From NCBI GenBank assembly GCA_963662545.2, contig CAXXLL010000002.1, positions 1,984,001 to 2,048,000 of the forward strand: a DNA stretch of 64,000 nucleotides, in the 5' to 3' direction. The notes under the pieces were generated by a model. That model did not search any database and was not told the DNA's origin. It saw only the letters and a program-made list of their open reading frames with translations. Each line of letters opens with the position of its first letter. Position 1 is the stretch's first letter. The stretch comes from Gammaproteobacteria bacterium (lineage in GTDB: Bacteria; Pseudomonadota; Gammaproteobacteria; Ga0077536). The position numbers and the translations under genes were made by a program. Shown here piece after piece: positions 36,965 through 46,798 of this stretch.

Positions 36965-37765
36965 TTAATGGCCCACGAAATCAGGTGTGCGTTTATCGAA
37001 AAAGGCGTTTACGGCTTCCTTATGATCGTCGGTATTCTGCAGGATCACTTGCAGCGCCGCGGACATTTCCATGATCGACTCGAAACTCGCCATAGTGCCG
37101 TCGCGCATCAGTTTCTTGGTCATGCGCAAAGCCTGCGGCGGTTGCACGCAGATGCGCTTGGCGAGCGCCATCGCCGCATCCATGAGCTCGTCGTCCGCGA
37201 CCACCTCCGACACCAGTCCCCATTCGCAGGCTGTGCGGGCATCGATAACATCGCCGGTAAAGAACAGCTGCGCCGCGCGCGACCAGCCAATCTGACGCGG
37301 CAAGAGCCAGGCACCGCCATCGCCGGGCAGCAGGCCGAGCTTTAGGAAGGTGGCGCCGAATTTAGCCGATTCGGCGGCGATGCGAATGTCGCACAAGGAC
37401 GCGACGTCATTGCCGAGCCCGATAGCGGGGCCGTTGATGGCGCCGACGATGGGTACTTCGATATCCCATAACGCGCGGATGATGCGATGAATGCTCTCGC
37501 GGTAATGGTCCCTGAGCTCCAGCGCGTTGCCGCCGAAATCTCCGCTGCGCTCGCGCATGGCCTTGAGATCGCCGCCGGCGGAAAAGGCCTTGCCCGCGCC
37601 CGTCATGATGACGCAACGCAATTGCTTGTCTTCGTTGATCGCACGTGCCGCTGCCTGAAACAACTCGCCGTCGTCGCCACGCCCCAACGGATTGCGCTTT
37701 TCCGGTCGGTTGATCGTCAGACACGCAATGGTGCCGTCGATTTCCAGTAGCAGGTCGTCACTCAT
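36965..37765 (-). CDS. crotonase/enoyl-CoA hydratase family protein
   Basis: INRPEKRN, AFSAGGD, AINGPAIGLG, PGDGG. Confidence 0.93.
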   Translation of the reverse strand: MSDDLLLEIDGTIACLTINRPEKRNPLGRGDDGELFQAAARAINEDKQLRCVIMTGAGKAFSAGGDLKAMRERSGDFGGNALELRDHYRESIHRIIRALWDIEVPIVGAINGPAIGLGNDVASLCDIRIAAESAKFGATFLKLGLLPGDGGAWLLPRQIGWSRAAQLFFTGDVIDARTACEWGLVSEVVADDELMDAAMALAKRICVQPPQALRMTKKLMRDGTMASFESIMEMSAALQVILQNTDDHKEAVNAFFDKRTPDFVGH

Positions 37766-37772
37766 CGTCGTA

Positions 37773-38828
37773 TTACCCCGTGATCGTTTGCCAGATACCG
37801 TCGCCGCCCGACTCGAAGGCGACCGTGCCCAGGTATTCACCCCATTCGCCGGCACCGCCGAATTCCGCGCGCCATGCCCATAGCTTGCGCGTCAGGAAAT
37901 GGAGCCCGTATTCGTAAGTAAAGCCAATCGCACCGTGTACCTGATGTGATAGACGCGTCAAGCGTTCGACGGCCTCGCTGGCGCGGCATTTAGCGGCGGC
38001 GATCTCGAAGCGAGCGTCGCGTTGCCCGTTCGAAATGCCACTTCGATCGAGGGCTTCGAAAGCCGCCGCCGCGATGGCGTCGACCGAAGCCATGGTGCCC
38101 GCGAGATCGGCCAGGTAGTGCTGAATGGCCTGGAACCGCGACAAGCTTCGCCCGAACTGTTCGCGCTCCGCCGCGTAGTTGACGGCGAGTTCGAGACAGG
38201 CGGCGCCGGCACCCGCGATCTGCGCGGCACGCAACATCGCACCGATCCAGTGGATGACGTCTGCCGGCAGGTCGAACGCGTAACGGGCTTCGATCTCGAG
38301 CGATCTACCGCTGACGGCGTCGCGAGGATCGAGACCGAGGTTGGCGGCTTGCTCGATCGAGGCGCCCGCGGCTGAAACAACGATGAGTTCCGCCGCGCCG
38401 TTAATGTCGGCAACGCCGATCAGGTAATCGGCGCGCCGCCCCCATGGGATCACTACACCGTCCAATGACAGACTGTTCTCGTGCACATCGCCGGCGTCTA
38501 GGACCTCGGGTATGAGGCCGGGTACGCCTGCCGGCAACATGCAATCCGCCTGGCGCGCAAGCCAGACCGCGGTAATGGTTTCCGGCACGGGCAAGGGTAG
38601 GGCGTAGTGTCCACAGGCGCGTACGATGGGATACGCGTCGGCCCAGACCCCGTCCGCGCCACCGGCGGCTTCGGCGGCGAGTACCTGGCAGATACCGAGT
38701 TCGTCGACTTGGCTCCACAGGTCATCCGGCCAGCCCGTCTCTTCGATTCGGGTCAGGACATCTCGATCGACCTGTTCAGAAAATAGACGCACGACGCTGT
38801 CTTCCAGGATCTGCCGCATGTCGTTCAT
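37773..38828 (-). CDS. acyl-CoA dehydrogenase, short subunit of a probable heteromeric pair
   Basis: REQFGRSL-FQAIQH, HQVHGAIGFT; ATGA-coupled to the upstream ACAD. Confidence 0.88.
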   Translation of the reverse strand: MNDMRQILEDSVVRLFSEQVDRDVLTRIEETGWPDDLWSQVDELGICQVLAAEAAGGADGVWADAYPIVRACGHYALPLPVPETITAVWLARQADCMLPAGVPGLIPEVLDAGDVHENSLSLDGVVIPWGRRADYLIGVADINGAAELIVVSAAGASIEQAANLGLDPRDAVSGRSLEIEARYAFDLPADVIHWIGAMLRAAQIAGAGAACLELAVNYAAEREQFGRSLSRFQAIQHYLADLAGTMASVDAIAAAAFEALDRSGISNGQRDARFEIAAAKCRASEAVERLTRLSHQVHGAIGFTYEYGLHFLTRKLWAWRAEFGGAGEWGEYLGTVAFESGGDGIWQTITG

Positions 38829-39985
38829 CGCACGCCCAGGCCTTTCGCGATGATGCCGCGCATGATTTCCGGCGTCCCGCCCCGCAGCGAGAACGACGGC
38901 GCCAATTGAATCAAGTTGCCCAGCACCTGCTGGTAATCGACACCGTGGCCGGCCAGGGTCGGTTCGAGTTCGCACAATTCCTGGGCGAGCCCGGGCAAGC
39001 CCTGTTCGAACTGGCAGCCGAGGTCCTTGACGATAGACGCGGCAAGCGCGGGATCCTCTCCTTGGTCGAGTTTACCGGCGATACTGAGCGACATGTTACG
39101 CAGTGTCGCCACCCAGGCGATCTGCGAGCCGATACGGGCCATGGTTGCGGGTGAGGCGTCCTCCCCGATGACATCGATGAGGTGCGTCAGCAGCACGAAG
39201 CAGGACAGGTAGCGCTCGGGTCCGCTGCGTTCGAACGCGAGTTCCTCGGTGACCTGCTGCCAGCCCCTGCCTTCCTTGCCGATGAGCGCGTCTTCGGGCA
39301 GCACGGCGTTTTCGAAAGCGACCTCGTTGAAATGCAGCCGACCCGTCAGATCCTTGATCGGTCGCGGCGTAATGCCCTCAGTCTTCCGTAAATCGATCAA
39401 AAACTGCGACAGGCCCGCGTGCCGGCTCTCGCTCGCGCTGTCCGTCCGGAACAGGGCGATCATGTAATCGGCCCGGTGGGCGTACGTGGTCCAGATCTTG
39501 GTGCCGTTCACCACCCAGCCGTCGGCAGTGTGTTCGGCCTTCGTGCGCAGCGAAGCCAGATCGGAGCCGGCATTGGGCTCGCTCATGCCGATGCAGAAAC
39601 AGGCCCGGCCCGCGGTGATCTTGGGGATGATCTCGTGCTTCTGTGCGGCCGTCCCGTAGCGGACGATCAGCGGTCCGCTCTGCCGATCGGCGATCCAGTG
39701 AAAACCGGCGGGCGCGCCCGCGGCGAGGCATTCCTCGACGACCACGTAGCGTTCGAAGGCACTGCGGCCGTGCCCGCCGTACGCTGCGGGTAAGGTCATA
39801 CCGAGCCAGCCGCGCGCTCCGAGCTTGGCGCTGAACTCGGGATCGTAGGCATCCCAGCTATTGCTCAGGTGAACGGCGGGATAGGCGGCGGTTTCTTCAC
39901 GGAGAAACGCCCGTACCTCGGCGCGGAGCGCATCCAATGAGGGCGGCAGCTCGCAGGGATGGAACCTGAGTTTTTCAGACAACAT
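38825..39985 (-). CDS. acyl-CoA dehydrogenase, long subunit of a probable heteromeric pair
   Basis: HWIADRQSGP, GMSEPNAGSD, ERSGPER, RGGTPEIMR. Confidence 0.92.
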   Translation of the reverse strand: MLSEKLRFHPCELPPSLDALRAEVRAFLREETAAYPAVHLSNSWDAYDPEFSAKLGARGWLGMTLPAAYGGHGRSAFERYVVVEECLAAGAPAGFHWIADRQSGPLIVRYGTAAQKHEIIPKITAGRACFCIGMSEPNAGSDLASLRTKAEHTADGWVVNGTKIWTTYAHRADYMIALFRTDSASESRHAGLSQFLIDLRKTEGITPRPIKDLTGRLHFNEVAFENAVLPEDALIGKEGRGWQQVTEELAFERSGPERYLSCFVLLTHLIDVIGEDASPATMARIGSQIAWVATLRNMSLSIAGKLDQGEDPALAASIVKDLGCQFEQGLPGLAQELCELEPTLAGHGVDYQQVLGNLIQLAPSFSLRGGTPEIMRGIIAKGLGVR

Positions 39986-40092
39986 CGGCGGTTTGAATCG
40001 GTTCGAATAAAGAGCTTGATGAAACACGCGATCGGAAGCCCGCACCGACAATATTCATCCCCGCGATTGCTACGCGTTCGTTTTTCATTACG

Positions 40093-41157
40093 TCAGACAC
40101 GCGACGCGAATTCCCACGCCCGCTCCGCGAACTGTTCGACGATATCGGTCGTGCTTGGTGCTTCCGTACTGGCCGCAGTGCCGTCCTGGACACGCTTGAT
40201 GATCCCCTGGTAGATCGCCGCCAGCCGCCACACGGTGTAAGCGCGGTAGAAATCGAGACTGGGAATTTCCGCGATACCGCTGAGTTCGCAATAGCGCGCG
40301 AGATATTCCTCCGCAGTCGGGATTCCCAGGGCCTTGAGATCGAGTCCTTCCAGAGAGCTTACACGCTCATCGATGGCCGGAATGATCCATGGCGCCATGT
40401 GGTAGGTGAAATCACCCAGCGGGTGGCCGAGCGTGCTCAGTTCCCAGTCGAGCACCGCAATCACGCGCGCCTCGGTCGGATGGAGGATCAGGTTGTCCAT
40501 GCGGAAGTCCCCATGAATCACGCAGACTTCCTGAGATTCCGGAATGTTCTTGGGCAGCCAGTCGTTGAGCCGGTCCATCAGTGGGATCTTGGACGTTTCC
40601 GATGCCACGTAGATCTTGGACCAGCGGTGGATCTGGCGCGCCATGTAGTCAGTGGTCTTGCCGAAACCCTCGAGACCGATCGCGGCATAGTCGATGCGCT
40701 GAAGTTCGACTAGGGATTTTAAAATGGCGTCGTAGATGGCCGAACGCTCTACGGGGCTATGTTCCGGCAGCGATAGATCCCAGAGAATGCGCCCCTCGAC
40801 CATCTCCATCACGTAGAACATCGTACCGACGATGCTCTCATCGTCACTGAGCGCGTAGGTTCGTGGTACGGGAAAGCCCGTGGGATGCAGCTGATGCATC
40901 ACGCGATATTCGCGATCGACCGCATGGGCCGAAGGCAGCAGCGTCCCCGGCGGTTTACGCCGCAGCACATATTTGGCGCTTGGCGTCATCAGTTGATAAG
41001 TCGGGCACGACTGACCGCCCCGGAATTCCCGCACTTCTATCGGACCCGCAAAGCCGTCAACGTGGTCGACGAGATAGCGTTCGAGTCTTTCAGCATCGAA
41101 TCGCAGGTGCTCTTGCACGTCCTTGGTGCCGGTGAATTTTTCCTGTCGCGTACTCAT
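40093..41157 (-). CDS. APH-family phosphotransferase (ACAD10/11 kinase domain or LvaA-like)
   Basis: GGQSCPTY, RRKPPG-SAHAVDREY, HGDFRMDN, VLDWELSTLGHPL. Confidence 0.92.
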   Translation of the reverse strand: MSTRQEKFTGTKDVQEHLRFDAERLERYLVDHVDGFAGPIEVREFRGGQSCPTYQLMTPSAKYVLRRKPPGTLLPSAHAVDREYRVMHQLHPTGFPVPRTYALSDDESIVGTMFYVMEMVEGRILWDLSLPEHSPVERSAIYDAILKSLVELQRIDYAAIGLEGFGKTTDYMARQIHRWSKIYVASETSKIPLMDRLNDWLPKNIPESQEVCVIHGDFRMDNLILHPTEARVIAVLDWELSTLGHPLGDFTYHMAPWIIPAIDERVSSLEGLDLKALGIPTAEEYLARYCELSGIAEIPSLDFYRAYTVWRLAAIYQGIIKRVQDGTAASTEAPSTTDIVEQFAERAWEFASRV

Positions 41158-42383
41158 CGGGTCTCCCGTTCTCCCTGCGCAACGATCGCGTCATCGTGCA
41201 GCCGGCCGATTGCGCCGCTGTCGAGTCCGAGCACCTCGGCCAAAATTTCGTCGGTGTGCTGCCCGACCCGCGGAGCGGGCCGTGGCGCTTGTCGTTCCAC
41301 ACGCGAAAAATACATTGGAGGACCGGGCACGGGGTAGGTTCCGATACCCGGCTGCTCGATACGCGAGAAGATCGGATTATCCTCAGAGCAATCGGGATCG
41401 GATGTCACCAGCTCGTGCACCGTCTGATATTTGTCCCAGCAGATCCCGCATTCATCGAAGGCCTGCGCGACGCGCTCGAACGGATGTTGCCGGATCCACG
41501 GTTCCAGCAGCGCACAGATCTCCACGCGCGCTTGAAACCGGTCGCCCTCGCCCCTGAAGTCGAGACCGAGCCGTGCTGCGAGGGCATCCATGTCGGCCGC
41601 TAGTCCCGTTGCCTCGAGCAGGCCGCGCCACTGCTTTGCCGTCACCGCGATCAGCATGATCCGCTGCTCGTCGGCGGTGACGAAATCACGTCCCAGGGCC
41701 CCGTAGAGGTAATTCCCATGGCGCGCACGCTCTTCGCCGTTGATCGAAACTTCACCGATATAGCCCAGGTGACCGATGGCGGCGAGCGCGACATCGGCCA
41801 GGGCGAGCTTGATCTGCTGCCCAACGCCCGTCAGACGGCGATGCCTCTCCGCGGCGAGCAGGTCGATGGCGGCGAGGTAAGCCGTCGCGATGTCCCAGGC
41901 GGGAAGCACGTGATTGACCGGCCGGTCGTCGTCGGCGGGGCCGGTGATGTAAGGAAACCCGACCTTGGCGTTGACCGTGTAATCCAGAGCGCTACCGCCG
42001 CGGCGGTCGCCGATGATCTCATGCTGGATCAAATCGGCACGCCGCCCGCGCAAACGTTCATAGGCAAGCCAACCACGGGCCGGCAGGTTGGTCGAGAAAA
42101 TGCCGCCTTCTTCCCCGTCTGCGCAGATCAACTCGGTGATGATCTCGCGGCCGGCCTCGGATTTGAGATCGACGGCGATCGAGCGCTTGCCTTTATTCAT
42201 TTCAGCCCAGTAAATGCTCGTGTTGTCCGCAGTCACCGGCCACCGGTGGTAGTCAATGCCACCGCCGATTTGATCGAAACGAATGACGTCGGCGCCAAGC
42301 TGCGCCAGGGTCATACCGCACATGGGCGCAGCAATGAATGCGGAACCCTCGACGATGCGTAATCCAGTCAGTATGGCTTGCAT
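41154..42383 (-). CDS. family III CoA-transferase, mesaconyl-CoA C1-C4 transferase-like
   Basis: VEGSAFIAAP, IRFDQIGGGIDYHRWP, DYTVNA, PVNHVLPAWD. Confidence 0.85.
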   Translation of the reverse strand: MQAILTGLRIVEGSAFIAAPMCGMTLAQLGADVIRFDQIGGGIDYHRWPVTADNTSIYWAEMNKGKRSIAVDLKSEAGREIITELICADGEEGGIFSTNLPARGWLAYERLRGRRADLIQHEIIGDRRGGSALDYTVNAKVGFPYITGPADDDRPVNHVLPAWDIATAYLAAIDLLAAERHRRLTGVGQQIKLALADVALAAIGHLGYIGEVSINGEERARHGNYLYGALGRDFVTADEQRIMLIAVTAKQWRGLLEATGLAADMDALAARLGLDFRGEGDRFQARVEICALLEPWIRQHPFERVAQAFDECGICWDKYQTVHELVTSDPDCSEDNPIFSRIEQPGIGTYPVPGPPMYFSRVERQAPRPAPRVGQHTDEILAEVLGLDSGAIGRLHDDAIVAQGERETR

Positions 42384-42406
42384 TAATAATGCCCTGACCG
42401 ATCGGC

Positions 42407-43264
42407 TCAGTTCGCGATGCGGGCGCTGCCGTTGCTGAGTACGGTGACACCGCGTTCCAGCGATGAACTGCGGAAGAAGGTGACGTCGCCTTCTCGCCAG
42501 ATCTCCGTTCTCAGGGTATCCCCGGGTAGAAAGGGCGCCGAGAAGCGCACCTGCATCGATTGCAGGCGATCGGCTTCGTAGTCGCAGCAACTGCGCACCA
42601 AGGCGTGCATGGCGATGCCCATAGTACAGCGACCGTGCAGAATGGGACGTTCGAAGCCGGCATTGGCGGCGATGCGCGGATCGGCATGGAGCGGATTCAT
42701 GTCGCCGCACAATCGGTAGAGCAGCGCTGCTTGAGGCAGGGTCGGTAGATCGCAGACCAAGTCTGGCTCGCGCTCCGGTGGTCCGGGCATACGCGGGCGC
42801 GGTGTATTTGCCCCGCCGAAACCGCCGTCACCACGCGCCAGTGTGTTTGAGATCACGGTCGCGATCGGTGTTTTTCCATCGACACTGGTGAGTTCCTTGC
42901 GCAAATAGACGAAGCAACCTTTCTCCGCACCGCGATCGACGACTTCTTCGACTACCGTCTCACCGGCAAGAGTCCCCTCGGCAGGAATGGGGTGGTGGAT
43001 TTCCACCGTCTCCTCGGCGTGCAGTACCTGCTTCCAGTCGAAACCGTATTCCGGCTGCTTCATCCAAAAGCCCGGGTAGGCGAGCACCATCGCGAGCGTC
43101 GGCAAGGCGCGAAGATTTTCCTCGTAGACGTAACGCAACTGCTTATCGTCCACCGGGTCGGCGCCGAATCCGAGCGCCAGCGCGTAGAGGATGGTGTCCT
43201 CGGCGGTATAGCTCGCCTCCTGCCGGTTGATGATCGTACCGGCCAGTTTGCTGTGGTCTTTCAT
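42407..43264 (-). CDS. MaoC/MFE-2-type (R)-specific enoyl-CoA hydratase
   Basis: [31 protein letters not shown] hydratase-2 motif. Confidence 0.92.
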   Translation of the reverse strand: [285 protein letters not shown]

Positions 43265-43284
43265 CTTTCCACTCTCGGGCGACG

Positions 43285-44196
43285 CTAGATCGGATCCCAG
43301 CTCCAGATGTCCTGCGATCGATCGAGTGCGTAGAAATCGGCCTCGAACGCGGGAATAAGGCGCTCGGCAATGGATTCCGGCGTCCAACCCACATCGCTGT
43401 GCGCAGAGCGCAACGGCCTGTTTTGACTCATCAGGAAGATCTCGTTCTGCCGCACCGCGAAGATCTGGCCGCTTACCTTGCTCGCGGCGTCTGAGCACAG
43501 AAAGACGGCCATCGGCGCGATCTTATCGGGGGTCATCGATTTCATGCGCTCGACGCGTTGTTTCTGGACTTCGTCGGTGATCGGGATCGTTCCGATCATG
43601 CGGGTCCACGCGAATGGCGCAATGCAGTTCGAGCGGACATTGTAGCGTTCGAGGTCGAGCGCGATGCTTTTCGACAGCGCACAGAGACCGAGCTTCGCTG
43701 CTGCGTAATTGGCCTGACCGAGATTACCGATGAGTCCGGACGTCGAAGTCATGTGCACGTAAGCACCGGTTTCGCGTTCGCGAAAATGCGTCGCCGCCGC
43801 GCGGCTGACGTAAAAACTTCCGTTCAAATGCACGTCGATGACGGCCTGCCATTCCTCGATGCTCATCTTGTGAAACATGCGATCGCGCAGTATTCCAGCA
43901 TTGTTGACCACCGCGTCGAGCTGACCGAAATTATCGATCGCATCGGCGACCATTTGCTCGGCGTCTTCGTAGCGCGCGACACTACCGAGATTGGCTCGCG
44001 CATCGCCGCCCATCGCCTTGATCTCCGCGACCACCTCCTGCGCGGGCGTGCCTTCGATATCGCCGCCGTCCGTACTCGCGCCCAAATCGTTGACTACGAC
44101 CTGGGCGCCCGCCTGAGCCATTGCCAGTGAGAAATCCCTGCCGATACCGCGTCCGCCGCCGGTCACGAGTACGACCTTGCCGTCCAAGATCCCCAT
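43285..44196 (-). CDS. SDR, MFE-2-like 3-hydroxyacyl-CoA dehydrogenase
   Basis: TGGGRGIG, VVVNDLG, NNAGILRD, GQANYAAAK. Confidence 0.93.
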   Translation of the reverse strand: MGILDGKVVLVTGGGRGIGRDFSLAMAQAGAQVVVNDLGASTDGGDIEGTPAQEVVAEIKAMGGDARANLGSVARYEDAEQMVADAIDNFGQLDAVVNNAGILRDRMFHKMSIEEWQAVIDVHLNGSFYVSRAAATHFRERETGAYVHMTSTSGLIGNLGQANYAAAKLGLCALSKSIALDLERYNVRSNCIAPFAWTRMIGTIPITDEVQKQRVERMKSMTPDKIAPMAVFLCSDAASKVSGQIFAVRQNEIFLMSQNRPLRSAHSDVGWTPESIAERLIPAFEADFYALDRSQDIWSWDPI

Positions 44197-44391
44197 GTTC
44201 TTATCACCCTCCGTTCTTGAAACCCTCTAGCAGCCCGTCGTTTTTTTACTCGCCTGCGCGAAAGGGCAGGATTTTACTCGATCCCGGGAAGGCTTGTAAT
44301 TCAGGCGGCCCGCCGTCGGAGGATACAAATCTGTTACATTCCGCGCATCAGCGGACTCTTTCAAAACCTGTCCACGCAAACCGCTTAAACC

Positions 44392-45153
44392 ATGTCGGAT
44401 ATCACCATATCGACCCTGGGCGGCATACCGCTCATCGCCGCCGACGACGACCTTGCGGCGATCATTCTAAAGGCCGCGGCCGCCGACGGGCTTGAATTTA
44501 CCGACGGCGATGTTCTCGTCGTCGCACAGAAAATCATTTCCAAGGCCGAAGGGCGGCTCACGCGCCTGAGCGATATCGAACCGGGGGAGGCCGCGCTGGC
44601 GCTGGCCGCCGAAACGGAAAAAGACCCGCGCCTGGTGCAGCTCATTCTCGACGAATCGGCTGTCGTGCTGCGGCACAAACCCGGCGTCATCATCGTTCGG
44701 CACAAACTCGGCCATGTCGGCGCCAACGCCGGCATCGATCAGTCGAACATCACGCATGACGAGGGCGACGCCGCGCTGCTGCTGCCTCGCGATCCCGATG
44801 CATCGGCCGCCAGTTTGTTCGATACGCTCAAGGACATGACGGGCAAGCACGTCGGGGTGATCATCGCCGACAGCATGAACCGGCCCTGGCGCATGGGCAC
44901 CGTCGGCGGCGCGATCGGATGCGCGGGCGTGCAGGTACTCGACGATCTCAGAGGCGCCGAAGACATGTTCGGACGCGAACTCAAAGTCGCCATGGTCAAT
45001 CGAGCGGACTCGATCGCGGCCATGGCAAGCCTGGTGATGGGTGAGACGACCGAGCGAACACCGGTCGCCCTGGTGCGCGGGCTGCCCGTCGCTGCAGAGG
45101 GTGGCAGCGCCCGAGATATCATGCGCCCGCTCGAGGACGACCTTTTCAAATGA
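44392..45153 (+). CDS. cofE: coenzyme F420-0:L-glutamate ligase
   Basis: AQKIISKAEGR, ANAGIDQSN, LLPRDPDASA, RPWRMG; no fused nitroreductase domain. Confidence 0.95.
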   Translation: MSDITISTLGGIPLIAADDDLAAIILKAAAADGLEFTDGDVLVVAQKIISKAEGRLTRLSDIEPGEAALALAAETEKDPRLVQLILDESAVVLRHKPGVIIVRHKLGHVGANAGIDQSNITHDEGDAALLLPRDPDASAASLFDTLKDMTGKHVGVIIADSMNRPWRMGTVGGAIGCAGVQVLDDLRGAEDMFGRELKVAMVNRADSIAAMASLVMGETTERTPVALVRGLPVAAEGGSARDIMRPLEDDLFK

Positions 45154-46091
45154 GTAAATATCTCGCCATCACCGGCGGCGTCGGGGGTGCCAAGCTCGCG
45201 CTGGGTCTGTCGCGTATCCTCGGTCCATCGGACCTTGGTTTTCTGGTGAATACCGGAGATGATTTCGAGCACCTTGGCTTGCACGTCTCGCCGGACATCG
45301 ACACCTTGATGTATACCTTGTCCGGACTCAGCAATCCGCTAACCGGCTGGGGCCGCGTCGGGGAGAGCTGGAATTTCATCGAGACCTTGGGTGAACTCGG
45401 CGGCGAAACCTGGTTCAAGCTGGGCGACCGCGATCTCGCCGTCCACGTCCGGCGCACCCTCTTGCTCGCCGGCGGTGAGCGACTCACCGATGTCACTGCC
45501 ACGCTTTTCCGCGCCCTCGGCGTTGAACACCCCGCGTGGCCGATGAGCGATGACCCGGTGCGCACCCTGATCGATACCGACGCCGGCCAACTATCTTTTC
45601 AGCACTACTTCGTCCGCGAGCGCTGCGAACCAGCCGTGCGCGGTTTCGAATATCGCGGCGCCGATACCGCCTCAGTCGTACCCGAATTCAAGGCGTGGAT
45701 GTCGGATCCCGATCTGGCGGGCGTCATCATTTGCCCGTCGAACCCTTTCTTGAGTATTGACCCCATCCTCGCTCTGGATGGGATCAGAGAAGCGCTCATG
45801 GCCTGTAACGCGCCCGTCATCGCCGTCTCGCCGATCGTTAGTGGCGAGGCGATCAAGGGGCCGACGGCAAAGATCATGGAAGAACTCGACGTCCCGCGCG
45901 ATGCGCGCGCGGTGGCGATGCACTACCGCGATCTGCTGGACGGATTCATCCTGGACGAAACGGACGGGCAGCTGGTCGAACCGATCGGTGCCCTCGGGCT
46001 CGAAGTCGTGCCGGCGCAAAGCCTTATGCGGACGCTGGACGACAAGATCAATCTCGCGCACACTGCGCTTAATCTCCTCGAGGCATGCTAA
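45150..46091 (+). CDS. cofD: 2-phospho-L-lactate transferase
   Basis: GGVGGAKL, NTGDDF-GLHVSPDIDT, WFKLGDRD, CPSNPFLSI. Confidence 0.96.
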   Translation: MSKYLAITGGVGGAKLALGLSRILGPSDLGFLVNTGDDFEHLGLHVSPDIDTLMYTLSGLSNPLTGWGRVGESWNFIETLGELGGETWFKLGDRDLAVHVRRTLLLAGGERLTDVTATLFRALGVEHPAWPMSDDPVRTLIDTDAGQLSFQHYFVRERCEPAVRGFEYRGADTASVVPEFKAWMSDPDLAGVIICPSNPFLSIDPILALDGIREALMACNAPVIAVSPIVSGEAIKGPTAKIMEELDVPRDARAVAMHYRDLLDGFILDETDGQLVEPIGALGLEVVPAQSLMRTLDDKINLAHTALNLLEAC

Positions 46092-46096
46092 AACTC

Positions 46097-46798
46097 ATGT
46101 GGGTCGTCGTTCCCGTCAAACGATTCTCCGATGCGAAATCGAGGCTCGCTTCGATCCTCTCTGAAGCCGAGCGTGAATCACTGACCCAGGCCATGTTGAA
46201 CGATGTGCTGCATGCACTCGGACAGAGCCAACAGGTATCAGGAATCGTCGTCATTTCTCACGAAACCCGTGCACGATACGCGGTGGAGCGGATCGGCGGC
46301 CTGTTCACTGAGGAGTCCGGATCGGGGCTGTCCAGCGCGATCGCGCAGGGCGGCGCCTGGCTGGCAAAACACGGGCAGCGCGACATGCTCATGATCCCAG
46401 GCGACGTGCCGCTGGTGTCGAGCCGTGAAATCGACGAGATCATCAATCTCCACCAGGGTGCGCCCGCCGTGACAATAACCCCAGATCGCGAGCACAACGG
46501 CACCAATGCACTCGCGGTCAGCCCGACTGACGCCATCCGGTTCGCTTACGGCGCCGACAGTTTTACCGCCCACAAGGCCGCGGCCGAAGCGGTGGGCATC
46601 GAACCGAGGATCGTGCAACTTCCCGGTTTCGCTCTCGACGTCGACAATCCCATGGATCTCAGGACTTTGCTGACCTATGACAGTGAAACCGAGACCCTCG
46701 CCTACCTTTCGGACAGCGGTATCGCCCGCCGCATCTTACCCCGGCATAATGGCGGGCCGGACAACAGCGATATCACCGCCGCCTCGCGCTTGATTTAG
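46097..46798 (+). CDS. cofC: 2-phospho-L-lactate/PEP guanylyltransferase
   Basis: VPVK-AKSRL, PGDVP, GTNAL, YGADSF-H, LDVDNP-DL; start 46085 or 46097. Confidence 0.95.
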   Translation: MWVVVPVKRFSDAKSRLASILSEAERESLTQAMLNDVLHALGQSQQVSGIVVISHETRARYAVERIGGLFTEESGSGLSSAIAQGGAWLAKHGQRDMLMIPGDVPLVSSREIDEIINLHQGAPAVTITPDREHNGTNALAVSPTDAIRFAYGADSFTAHKAAAEAVGIEPRIVQLPGFALDVDNPMDLRTLLTYDSETETLAYLSDSGIARRILPRHNGGPDNSDITAASRLI

